DNA of 64,000 nucleotides. Source: Callorhinchus milii. Its lineage: Eukaryota. The notes beneath the pieces are model-generated. The model was not told the DNA's origin. It was given only the letters and a program-made list of their open reading frames with translations, and made no database searches. A program made the position numbers and the translations under genes. Location: the NCBI RefSeq assembly GCF_018977255.1, contig NW_024704742.1, positions 36,148,001 to 36,212,000 on the forward strand. Reading direction: 5' to 3'. Shown here in pieces: positions 50,331 to 62,269 of this stretch. The first letter of the stretch is position 1; each line of letters starts with the position of its first letter.

Positions 50331-51218
50331 GGTCTCACGATTCAAGCCTCCCTCCCCCTTTCACAGACCAAAACTGGCATTTTACTCCAAAGTCATCCTG
50401 CAGGCCAAAAACAACCCAAAGACTCTGTTTTCCACTGTCCATCACTTCCTCCATGCACCCCCTCTAACCCCCACTATCCTCACATCAAACGCCAAGTGCA
50501 AAGAGGTCCTAGACTTCTTTGCCTCAAATTGAAAACATCTGCTTGGCTGCATCGTTCTCTCCCCCATGTCCCCTTCCACCCCACCCAGACCATCCACACC
50601 GCCTTCTCCCTCCGCCACGGCTCCTGCCACTCCCCCTTCCTTACACTCCTTTGCCCCCATTTCTCCCTCCTCCTCTCAACCACAATCACCCGGGTAAAGT
50701 TCACCACTGGCTGCCTTGAACTCTCCCCACGCAGCTGCTGGTCACTCAACACCCCTTCTCTCCCCACCTCAAAAAATCCCCAGCTCCACTATTCAAAAAA
50801 TCCACCTCATTCAGAACTCTGCTACCCGCATGCTGACCCAGACCAAACTCTGTACCCACACCTCACCAGTTCTGGCCAGGCTCCACTGGCTCCCCATCAC
50901 TGAATGGATCGACTTCAAGATCCTCACGCTCATGTTCAAATCCATTCACTCCCTGGTACCTCCCTACCTCTCCAACCTCCTCATTCCCCAATCCACTATC
51001 CGGCACTTCCGCTTGACTAGCACTGGCCTCCTGCTCGTCCCTCACCCCCTCCGCCCCACCATCAGAGGTCGTGCTTTCAGCTACCATGCCTCAAAACTGT
51101 GAAACACTCTCCCTCAATCCTTCTGCCACCCGGCTCGGAGTTATGCTCTGCCACTGTCAAGCATTCTGAGACACTACCCTGCGTGGAGGGCCATATATAA
51201 ATGCAAGTTGTTGTTTTT
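50330..51218 (+). mobile_element. L2 LINE, internally deleted ORF2 and tail
   Basis: YSKVILQAKNNPKTLFSTV and IQNSATRML..SPVLARLHWLPITEWIDFKIL..PPYLSNLL..GRAFS. Confidence 0.9.
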
Positions 51219-51439
51219 GTACCACTTCTCCGCAACACTGCAATATTCCAACATAACGCCCACTGATTATAAGAACACAAGCTTAAATTGCAAATGAAGC
51301 ATTCATCTTTACATCTACAATACATCCTCAGTCCCAAACCAATAATTTGTAAATTTGTAGTATGTTGGACTGCTCATAATAGAACTGTCCAAGAAAAACC
51401 TGGCTGGATGCAAACATACTGCTTAATGTTTATCTGAAC

Positions 51440-51618
51440 TTCTCTTCAACCGTGCCTTCACCTCCCCTCTCGACTCTCTACCCCCTCCTCGCTCCCTCCC
51501 TTCCCTCCCCTCACCCTGACCATTCTCCCCTGCTCGGGTCCTGACCCAACTGTCCAGCGCCTTGGGACGTCCTCCCGACATGAAAGGCGCTCTATAAATG
51601 CAATCTTGTTGTTGTTGT
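51440..51618 (+). mobile_element. L2 3' UTR/tail
   Basis: CAGCGCCTTGGGACGTCCTCCCGACATGAAAGGCGCT..(TTG)n. Confidence 0.85.
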
Positions 51619-51634
51619 AGTTAAGGCAGAGTCC

Positions 51635-51790
51635 ATAATTATTTTAAAAGGGAATTGGATAGGTACTTAAAAAAGAATATTGAAGGCTATAGGGACCAAT
51701 TGAGGTAAGAATTGGGTGGCTCACATGGAGAAAAATATCAGCAGAGATTTGATGGGCCAAATGTGATGCTACATTCTATGATCATTGTGA
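51635..51790 (+). mobile_element. CR1 3' terminus
   Basis: GGGAATTGGATAGGTACTT..GATGGGCCAAATG..ATTCTATGA. Confidence 0.65.
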
Positions 51791-52704
51791 ATGCATAATA
51801 AGTTATGGATAATCGATGAAAGTGTTAAGATTCCTTGTCTTGATAAGGAAGGACTGTTTGACAAACTAGCAGCTGGAAGATGTGCTAGAACCCCTTCAAT
51901 AAGGTATATCTTCAGCCGGTAGCTACTAAAGAGAAGCACAAGTCTAAGAGATGCTTCTGTGTTCACGAGTGTTTAATATTGTGAATCATCCCGGGGGGAA
52001 AAAAATGCAGTGCAGACTGATACGGCAGGAAAATCTGCACACACACACAAGAAAGGCTAAAGAGATAAGCAAGTTTTGCTTTGTAAAAGCCATTTACTTT
52101 CACATTCTATTTGAATAAAGGACAGTGTCACTGAGATAATGTGGCTTCGACGGTGGAAACAAGTCTTCTTAATATCACAAAGACCTCAGGTCTATGTCAG
52201 GCTATGAAAAAGGAGAAACATCTCTCCTGCCCTCCACCTTTCTGTAGAGTATCACAGGAACTAAATTGCAGCTTAACCTCACCAGGAAGCAATCCTCCCA
52301 AACTGTGTGTAATCCCCAGGAAAAGTGGAGATCATTGCAGTGTAACATTCCTACTATAGCGATATGTATTTCTTTTTGCTTCACTGTCTCTCTGCCCCTC
52401 TCTCTCCACCGGGAAATCAGCCTGAAATTGTCTATCTAACTGTTGGAGGGCGACAACAGCACTTGTTTAATGCAATTAATAGATTTTATTTCAAGCGAAT
52501 CACACCAAAAATGAAATTCCTGTGTGCGGTGAAGCCTTTTCCAATTTACAATACTGTAGTGTACCCAGTATTAAGGTATATTTTAAAGCACTGTTACACA
52601 TTTAAAACAAATAGAAATTGTAATTTCTGGATGGATTGATGGTCTACTGGTTACTATCCTACTGTAAAGTTTGAAGAAAATCAGAAACAAACATTTTTTT
52701 CTAG

Positions 52705-52851
52705 GTAACAAAAACAGAAGTCCTGACGAAGGGTCGTGGACCTGAAATGTTGACTCACTTTCCTTTCTCCATAGATGCTGCCTGACCTGCTGAGTGTTCC
52801 CAGTGACTTCTGTTCATGTTTTCAGATTTCCAGCATCTGCGGTATTTTGTG
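52705..52851 (+). mobile_element. Short Penelope-like terminal repeat with hammerhead, flanked by a 12-bp TSD
   Basis: AGTC-CTGACGA-A-GGGTC-GTG-GACCT-GAAAT-GTT-GACT at 52719-52755; ATTTTTTTCTAG at 52693-52704 and 52852-52863. Confidence 0.85.
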
Positions 52852-53880
52852 ATTTTTTTCTAGTTTTTTATTTTCAGTAAGGTCACTGGGTTTATTTAGT
52901 GTCTTTGCACTGATATGCTACAGAAACAAACTCACTTAAGCTGGGATGTTAATTCATCACCATAAATTGCTCCACCCTGTCACCTAAACTATCAAACATA
53001 AAAGACTCCAGTGTTTTATGTTTGACTCCAGTGTTTTACACCTCAAAGTAGACACAAGATTGTAAAAACACAACTAACAATTGTATTTCTCAAGCCAATA
53101 CACTAGTCACTTCACACACACAAACACACCATTGCAGCTTACTGAAATCCGACTAGAAAAAGATGTCTGTGATTTCACATGCTTGCACTTTAATTGTCAT
53201 TCTCATTTGCTATGTACCACATTTTCTATCACTCATCTTCACCAATTAGCAGACACACAGGAACAGGTGAGCTGGTGATTTTTGCCTGGTTTTGCAAAAT
53301 TACATTTTTGCAGTTGTGCTATTCCATGACTCTCTTTCCCAGCGAAGCTGTCTAACAGTGTTGCTCCACAGCTCTCTAACTGCATTGCTTAGTGCCTCTT
53401 TCACAGTGCTGCTCTCTGCCCCAACGCTGATCTCTAAGTGTTGTTTTATGATTCTCTCACTGTACTGTCCTATGGCTCACTGCATAGGAAATGTAGTTAT
53501 GCATCTAATCCTATTCCTTTTCTTGCAGGTCAGGCAGAAGCAGCTCATTGGCATTGTGTATCTGGTTGATTTTAGCTGAATTATATACTGCGACAAGACC
53601 AGACACCAAGATGACCTGGAAAAAATTGAGACTGTGACAGAGTAAACTAGTTCTTTGATCATTCAGGAGCCTGACATGCAGGGAGACCCCTGGCTCGGAT
53701 TAAGAGTCTCCGACCCCAAATCCTTGAGAACTTCCAGAAGCAGTTCCTTTTCCTAGTTCAGGACTGTGCAATCTCTTCCGAAGAGACCACACACATACAC
53801 CACACATGTGCACACATTTACTTGCCTATACCTAAAGAATACAAATGTGGTTTGAGAGAAACCAAGGCATGAGAGATCCT

Positions 53881-54625
53881 AAACAAAAACAGAAGTCGCT
53901 GGGAACAGTCAGCAGATCAGGCAGCATCTATGGAGAAAGGAAAGTGAGTCAACAACAACATATATAAAATTACATTTATAGAGCGTCTTTCACATCGGGA
54001 GGACCTCCCAAGGTGCTGATCTCTAAGTGTTGTTTTATGAACGTTTCGGGTCCACAACCCTTCCTCAGAACTGGGGCATGTTGGAAGTGAGAGGTTTTCA
54101 AGGACTGTCAGAGAGCTGGGCGGCAGGGCAAGGAAGACAAAGGAGAAAATTGGGTAGAGAACAGGGGATGATGGGTTAAAGAGGTGTTAATAATGCAAAA
54201 CAAAAGGGAGGAAATTGAACAAAACAGGCAGACCAGAGAGAGAAAAGATGTGTCTGGGACTCAGATGATGTGATAATGGTCACAGAAGAGGAGGAAGGAG
54301 AAGATGAGTTGTTAAGGTCTGAAATTGTTGAAATCAATATTGAGGCCAGAGGGCTGTAAGGTCCCTAGCAGATAAATGAGGTGCTGTTCCTCGAGTTTGC
54401 GCTGTCCTCATTGGAACAGCGTAGGAGATCATGTTTGGAGAGGTCAGAGTGGGAGTGGGAGGGAGAGTTGAAGTGGCAAAACAACGGAAGCTCAAGATTG
54501 TGCTTGCGGACAGAACGGAGATATCTGGTAAATCGGTCACCCAATCTGTGTTCGGTATCCCCAGTGTAGAGGAGACCACATCGTGAGCAGTGAATGCAGT
54601 GAACTACATTGGTGGTAGTACACGT
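53881..54625 (-). mobile_element. Penelope-like retroelement 3' part, with nested L2 tail at 53951-54040
   Basis: GIY-YIG remnant, 3' UTR, hammerhead and terminal repeat shared with the 12543, 27060 and 52705 copies. Confidence 0.9.
54313..54625 (-). pseudogene. PLE GIY-YIG endonuclease domain remnant (frameshifted)
   Basis: Manual translation TCTTTNVVHCIHCSRCGLLYTGDTEHRLGDRFTRYLRSVRKH..CHFNSPSHSHSDLS..//KLEEQHLIYLLGTLQPSGLNIDF, with the CxxC-YxG-T and P.GLN motifs of Penelope endonucleases. Confidence 0.9.
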
Positions 54626-55719
54626 CTTTATGAATGATCAAATATATAATTAAATACAGCAGAGCATTAACAGTGTATTAGCAATCTCATTCATGTATAA
54701 GGTACAGCATAACAGCTGTCTTGAAAGAGTGCCGAGCACTGCTAACATACTCTAAGATACCATCAATGTATAGCATCTATAACATCTCAAAGTGCCTGAC
54801 AAGTAATTGCTATCACGCGTAGTGACTGTGAACTTGTTGGCAAATGGTGCAACCAATGTGAGCACAACAGGTGCCATAATTCTCCAGTGACATTTCTGAA
54901 AACCTATGGCTTGTTTGCTGGGTCTATATTGCAGAAGCTTGTTGAAATACCATTTGTACTTTGTTTGACCTTTATTTTTCTGCTTCTGTAGGAGAAAAGC
55001 CTTATGGAAAAAAATGTCAATTGACTTGTTAAAAAATGCCCTCTGATTCAACTAATTACCAATGTCTCCAGATTGGCAAGGTCACATCATGTAATGTGTG
55101 TAATATGTGCATAGATACAACTAGCTCATTCTCTGATGTGTACGTCTGCATTCAAAGAGCAAGCAAGAATAAGATCATCCATAATCTCCAGGAGAAAAGG
55201 CAAGTTTGGGGGCTATTGGGTTAAATTCAATTTCTCATTCTGCTTTCCACTCCACACATACAATTAGAAAGGTGTTTCAGTAAAAAATATTGGTTTGGAA
55301 ATTATTATTAGTGTTTATATATTGCCATTGATTTTTTTTCCCAATATGGGCAGTCTTTTTGCACTAGGACAGATTTCACAGTCAACATGTAAAAGTATAT
55401 ATTAAGGAAACATCAAGATATGTCAACATAATAGTGAATTATCTGCCTCAGATCCTGAAATGTATATTCCTTGCTATAAAAAGCACATACACTGATGTCT
55501 GCAAATAGCTTTGAAGAAGCCCTGTGGAGACAGCACCTATTAGAAGTCTAATCAATGCTGTATGTTTGTTTGTCTTTGTTTAGATACAAGTATTGAATGG
55601 TTAACCAAATGGTCTGTGAAGAGAGTTGCAAATTGTTTATTTTTATCTGCATTTCACAAAGAATCCTGATCCAACCTCTTAACATTTTTAAGATTTTGCA
55701 GCATTTAACAGGCAATCTG

Positions 55720-56380
55720 ACCTCAGTGTCTACCACCAAATCTGGCTCAACCACCTTTGAAATTACCAACTCTCCCTCTCCAAAGCCTGAAGGCCAAAGA
55801 AAACACCAACCTCTTATTCAACCTCCTTGAAGGGCTGAAGGGCCAACTCCTGTTCCTTTGTTCTCCATCTCTAATCACCTCCTCTGTCTCAATCTAATCA
55901 AATCCCCTCCCAACCCCCCTCCAGTCTTACTTCTGATACCGCATGCGAGGAGATCATGGACTTCTTTGCAAGCAAAAGCAATAAAAGCCACCCAACTGTA
56001 TCTTCCTTCTTATCCCTTCCCTCCACTCTACTCTCCCTCTCCCCGATGCCTTCTTCCAATGCCCCTACTGGGCACACATTACACCCCATTTCTCCCTTGT
56101 CCCTCTCCATCCTCTCCATCCACACAGAACCTTCTATTTGCTTCCTCCCCATCCAGCTGCTTACCACCCCTACACCACCCAGGTGGATATAGTCAACCTA
56201 TCCCTCTCTTCCTGCACTGTCTGCCTCCCTTCAAAACTGCTGTCATCATCTTTTTTCCAAACAGCATACCATCAAACCTTCCAAAATCTACAATTACTGT
56301 CTCATCTGTAACCTATTCATCCTATTCAATATCATTGTTGCCACTCAACTTCAATCCCCTTTTCCCTCAACTCCCTGCTT
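55720..56380 (+). mobile_element. Old L2 ORF2 internal fragment
   Basis: LFSISNHLL, MDFFASK, PFKTAVI motifs; C-rich strand as in the other L2 copies. Confidence 0.7.
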
Positions 56381-56399
56381 AAGTCTCATACAGCTTCCG

Positions 56400-56620
56400 T
56401 CAGCAAAACTTATCAAAGCGTTTCATAGGAGTTTCACTGAAAAGTCTAACGATTGTATATTTTTAGATAAATGCAGCAGCCAATTTTGCACAAAGTTCCA
56501 CAAACAGCTATGAAGTTGATGACTAATTTCATCTGAGGGATTGTTGGCCTGGACATCAAGAGAAACTCGGGATCTTTAACAACCACCTGAAAAGGCAGAC
56601 GAGACCCTGATTTAATGACC
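56400..56620 (-). mobile_element. Deu-domain SINE remnant
   Basis: GCAGCAGCCAATTTTGCAC, GGGATCTTTAAC, CCACCTGAA. Confidence 0.65.
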
Positions 56621-56854
56621 CTGATTCAGGAGCACCATCAATTGAGCTGGACTAACACCACAATTTATATTAATTTCCTATTTTGCTTCCTTGCTTCATA
56701 TCCACAGTCTCCATTTCAGTCGGGATGTGAGGATGATCCTTACCAGAAGACACTAGCACATGCCAAGAGAGTGGCTCGATTGTCAGACTGCCATAATCCC
56801 AAGTGTTTTTTGAAGAATGAGTTTTGACTGAACTAAAATCAAACAAAAGGCTTG

Positions 56855-57073
56855 AAAATCCACCTTGTCTCAGCCTTTCAGACCATTTGAACTTAAAATT
56901 GCACGAAATAAAGGAAAATTCTTAAATTCAGTCTAAATTTGAACTCTGTTTTTCCACAGTTCTTAAACACAACCAGCTTCCATTTTAAGAGTGAATTTAT
57001 GATTTTTCATAATTCTGCATGTTTTTAAATTTAAGATGGAATAGTCTTAAAAGATAAGATTAGATGGAATTTT
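56855..57073. mobile_element. Fold-back MITE-like element
   Basis: AAAATCCA..TGGAATTTT ends; AAAATTCTTAAATTCAGTCTAAATTTG core. Confidence 0.65.
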
Positions 57074-57109
57074 GGTCTTAAGGTGTGTTGTGACAAATCG
57101 TCTTCTGTT

Positions 57110-58018
57110 AGCAGCTTGTATAAGAGATTTCAACATGCACATCAGACTGTGAAATGTGAAGGTGATTTGTCTGTGGGGCCACAATAATACAGTATTAACA
57201 ATGGTGTGCTATATATTCAGCCTCAGTACTTTTAAGATCTCCACACTTACCCATATCTACAAAAGCAACATGGCCAGATTCAATGACAGTCTTTGCAGAT
57301 TTCATTCAACCAACTGTCTGGTTTCCTTTATCAGAGATAGAAAGGCTATCAACAAATACAGTGAATGTTAAATCCTTATCTCTGGATGGTATCCTCCTTG
57401 AGGGGGAGGTAAGAAGGGTCTCCTTGGAGCTGAACTGGCTCCAAGGTGACATGCCTGGCAATGGAATGTCAGAATTGAGCCAGCCCCCTGTGGTGGTCTC
57501 GGTAGTCTGGTTCCTGAGCCAGGCTGGTCCTCAGTATTCCAGGGCACTGCTGATGATGGCACCGCCAGCCTGGCTCATTGGCAGGACCCGTATGGGCAGA
57601 CCAGTCACTGGCGGCAGGGAGTCATCCCACTCAACTCTTGTTAACTCTACAAGCCAAAGACCTAATGGGTAGGGTGGTCCTAGTTGAACAAGCAGCGGGA
57701 AAGCTTGTCCGACAGCAATATCAATGGCAAGCTGTGCAGTTTTAGCTGGTTAGACACCAGCAGTTACCCCAACGCACACTCTGGGGTTCTCCACACCTCG
57801 GGTTTTGCCAACCTGCGCCTAATACTTTCCAGAATTGGGTAAGCAGGATGCGTCCCTCCAGGGAGTGATTGCGCATCCCATTCCAACAATCTATCTTTGG
57901 GATTTCCATGTGTAGATGGGTTGCATAGAAATCTCAGCTTGGTTTGGATACTCCTAGCATGGTGATAGGCTTCTCCATGTGTCAGACACCCAGCTAACCA
58001 AAAAAAACTCTGGATGCA
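57110..58018 (-). repeat. Family X copy 5: constant module (57638-58018) plus one cassette
   Basis: Module matches the other copies; cassette aligns with 41080-41335; long mostly open frame on the minus strand. Confidence 0.8.
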
Positions 58019-59269
58019 TTTTGTTTAGCAAAAAGGCTGACCATATTAATCATATTTTGGAGGTTCCTCTGTGGAACCTGTCTATGTATTTAAAGTTGAT
58101 CGTGCAAAAACACAGCAGGGACGTTAAAAGCGAAAGATTGTCAAAAGCCTGAAAATATTGTTATCCATTATGAAAGTCTGACATATGGGACATATCAAAA
58201 CACAAGTGCTTAATTTTCATTCCAGAGTTTCCTTCTGTTTTAGCTTAGTTGTTTTTCTCATTCTCTCGGTCTTGTACTTTATTGTAATGGTACAGCATAG
58301 AGAGCAGGTAAACTAAACATGCTGTGTCTCTGGGTTTCTTCATCGTTCTCACAACCAAAACAAGGTAATATGATCACAGTCACTAGACATTGAGTAAGAA
58401 CTGGCAGAACTTACCTCATCTAATAACTGCACAGCTGGAATGATGCCCTTCCCTGGATTCAGACCCATAAGCAACAACAACAACAAAATTACATTTATAG
58501 AGCGCCTTTCACGTCCGGAGGACGTCCCAAAGTGCTGAACAATCAGGTGTCGGGGCCCACACACAACACTCCAACTGTTAACTGGGGCTCAATTTGTGTT
58601 TCTATCTATCTTGCTCCGACAGGAGGGCAGCAGCAGCCCTGAAATTCAAACTTAAAAACGTGCCAATTGTTGTGCAGGTACACCCTGATGCAAGTGACAG
58701 CGTTACTTCCTCTGCTGTCAGGCTTTGCAGAACTGCCACCAAACTAGGTTCAAAAGTACACGTGAACCTACAATGATCTGCTGCCCTACTTTAGTGGCAC
58801 ACAGTTCCAAAGCAATTCCAAACCCTAATAGGACTACTTATTGCTGACACGGAGGACAATCTGCCATTTTCACGTCAACTTCAAACAGGATTGTTTAGTT
58901 AAGGAACCTGGAAGTACAAACCACACTGGCTGATGGCGATGCCCTCTACTGTGACCTATCTTTGGGCCCGAGCTTCCGCGAGTTGACATGACGTACTTCC
59001 AACAACAACAACAACTTGCATTTATATAGCACCTCTCATGCAAGGTAGCATCCCAGAGCGCTTCCAGTTACCAGAAGGAGTTCCCACATGGATCCCATCT
59101 GAAATTGCCGAATTTACACCCCAATATCTCTACACAATCTTCTTTCTAACAAACAAATATTTTATTAATATTCAATTGACCCAAAATATCAGTGTGGTAC
59201 AGTACTTTTTTTTCTTTATTTTACTGCCATTAGTTTTATGTGTCATGCAAGGCGGGGGTCTCATGGATT

Positions 59270-59733
59270 TGGAGTCCCGTAGCATAGTTGTAAAAGCACT
59301 CGCCTCGCAAGCGAGAAGACCTGGGTTCGATTCCCAGGCAGGGTGAAACCTTAAGCAAGTTTCCTTACTCCACACACCTCTGTTTACCTAGCAGTAAGTA
59401 GGAACCCGGTTGTTAGTCGATTGGCGGATCACTTTCTGGGGATAATAATCCCTCAAAAATAAATTGGGCCACTCAATCCACAACTGTTTGTGGGAAACTG
59501 CTGTGTACAATTGGCTGCCGCATCTAAACAGTCAATACACACTTTACAATCTAATAATAATAATCCTTGCATTTGATATAGCGCCTTATCACATCTTTGA
59601 GATGTCTCACAGAATATACCGTAAAGTGAATTGATTGTATATTTTGCGGGCTAAATATATTCTGTGAAGCGCGTTGAAACGTCTCAATGACATGAGTAAG
59701 TCACTATATCAAATGCAAGGATTATTATTATTA
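59270..59733 (+). mobile_element. SINE subfamily B with inverted tail rearrangement
   Basis: Head with CGC anticodon arm and B box GGTTCGATTCC; minus-strand tail at 59552-59650, then plus-strand tail at 59655-59733. Confidence 0.9.
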
Positions 59734-60892
59734 TGGCAGGCTGGCAAAACATATCCCAAAACTGAATTATGCTCAACATGTGAATAAAAAACATTGAGAA
59801 AAGGTGTCATACATGACATTAGTATGTTAGGAAATGTGAGGTAAAAAGTTTTTTTGAGAGAAGAGGAATTAAATTGCTTGACATTGAGAAATTGATCATA
59901 ATACATGAATTCAAAACACTTGGACGTCTACGTATCCTCACTTCCCACATGAAGCACTGGTTGAACTCAACAGTTCCCCTCTGCGCCTCAGACAAAGGCT
60001 ACCAGAGATGTGTGTGTATGAACGGATTAGGTAAACACATCAATTTAGTAGTGGATCCACGCAACCGGCTAGCATTTGCCTTTAGCTAGGATGCCTTCGT
60101 AGCATTGAAGAACCGCTGAGTCTGTCACTGTAAGGATAGAGAGATTAACAATCCGCAATTCACTTCAAACCTTGCCTGACACATTTCAAAGAAAGATGAG
60201 CTGTCGGTAATCAAAACTGCAGCATTTTTACAAAACCCACTGAAGGTAAAATGCACACCATTTAGTTTCCACATTACCCATCCCAACGTCCTCAAAACCC
60301 CAAAATGCACCTACCTCAAACATAGGAGAGGTGGCCTTTTCTGGCAACGTGCAGCCCAGCAGCTCTGCAAGAAACTTTGCCATATACAAACAGTGGTATT
60401 GCTTCCTTATTGAGAGTGAATGCTAGTCTATGAACCTCACACTGCTAACACACACTGGGCTCTTTCCTTATTGGAATTCTCTATAATAATTCCTTGTTCT
60501 TTGTAATCCGGTCTACATGCCTGTTAAAAAAATACAATTGAATTGCTCATGTTCTGAACAGCTAAAGCACTGGCTGGATATCTAGTAAAATGGAATAAAT
60601 CACCAGCACGGTCCCCTTGCTTTGATGTCTGCTTGCAGCCTTTCCTGCTGAATGTCACTCTTTCTATAGTAAAGTGAAGAACCCTCCAAAGGGGGTGTAT
60701 GACGGACGGCACCTTTAGCATTCAACGTCTCTACTTGCAGGGGTTGTTGGCTTCAGAAGCGTTTTAATTCCTTTACGGTTCAGAATGTGTTAAAAGGGAA
60801 ATGCCATTCGCAGCGTTTCATTTCTGTTCATCAATGCTCTTTCCTATTCATTATTATTATTATTATTTCCTACTTCAGAAAGCAAACAATAC

Positions 60893-61765
60893 CGACAACA
60901 ATTTGCACTTGCCTAGCATCTTTCAAAAAGAGACACCAACTCAAAGCACTTTACAAAGACTGATGGCGGGAGGGAAAAAGGGTTGGAGGGGTTGGGGGTG
61001 AGGGGGGGGGGAAAGCGACTGAAGGTGCAGTCAAAGGGTTTTTTAGGGTTTTGAAAGAAGGGGGAGGAGGCAAAGGGATTTTTGAAAGAGTATTCCAGTG
61101 GATGATGGCAATGTGGCTGAAAGCTCCCCAGCCAAATTGTGGGGCGGAGCGGGCAGGAGCTTTAAGCGAGCCAGAAGTGGCAGAACTGAAGAAGTGGCCA
61201 GCATGTGGGGTCACAGGAGAGCTTAAAAGTAGGGTCGGGTAAAGCCGTAGTGATATTTAGAAGTAAAGACGAGTTTCTTAACGTTGATTTGCTAAGTGAT
61301 AGGGAGCCAGTGGAGCAGAGTGAAAGTGGGGGTGATGGGCTTGGGGAGACTAATGATATGGGCTACAGAGTTCTGGATGGCCTGGAGCTTGCGGAGAGTG
61401 GAGTTGGGAGGCCAGTGAACAAGGTATTGAAAAAATCAAGTCTGGAGGTGGATGAGGGTTTTTGGTTGCATTGGAGGTGAAGGAGTGGCAGTGGCAGGTG
61501 ATGTTGCAGAGATCAAAGAAAGTGGACTTGGTCAAAAACTGGATGGAAAGCTCAAAGGAGAACAGAAGATTGAACAAATACCAATGTTCAGCACAGGCTT
61601 CACGTGTTGGAGTGGAGACTGATATGATACATTCAGGATCTGAGAATAGCTGACAGGAGCCAAGCAGGATCACCTCAGTACTGTCAACGTTGAGTTGGAA
61701 ATGTTAATGCTCATCCAGGACATGATGCATGATACGCATTCTGTCAGAGCAGCAGTGTTCGTGGA
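60893..61765 (-). mobile_element. L2 LINE 3' fragment
   Basis: Antisense ORF2 remnants (GWGAFSHIAIIHWNTL; FDLCNITCH) and ACAACAATTTGCA tail. Confidence 0.8.
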
Positions 61766-62269
61766 GTAAATTATGACAATTATGTTCATTATTGTTCTGT
61801 ATTTTTATCCAAATCATGAAAATCAATACCATGTGTTCATAGTTAATTCAATAAGTAAGGGTTCCCTCATTTAATTTATAGTATCTCTTATTCAATCAAG
61901 AAGACACATTGCAGCAAACATAATTCATTAACACCAGCATAGTAGGTAGCAGCAAGTAACTGAGAGTGAGAGGCTGACAGATCAGCAGAGGTAATTGAGG
62001 TTATCCTGATAAATTACTCCACAATTTTGCTGACATGAATCAGTGGCTAACTATCAATTTATCAACGGTACCTAATCCCCCACCCCCCACCTGCTTCCCA
62101 ACACACACACACACACATTTGTACTACTTGCATAGAGAAGCGACGTCATTCCAAACTGCTGCAAATATTATAACAAGGAACAGTCACCATAACCTACACA
62201 AAAAGGGACTTCAACCTTTCTTTGATTTGGATAGATTTTTCTTGTATTTTTCCCTTTACTTCCTGTCTT

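Noticed and set aside
50316..50903. 195-aa ORF (and the 174-aa ORF at 55858) as host genes
   Set aside because: Off-frame or decayed readings of C-rich L2 sequence.
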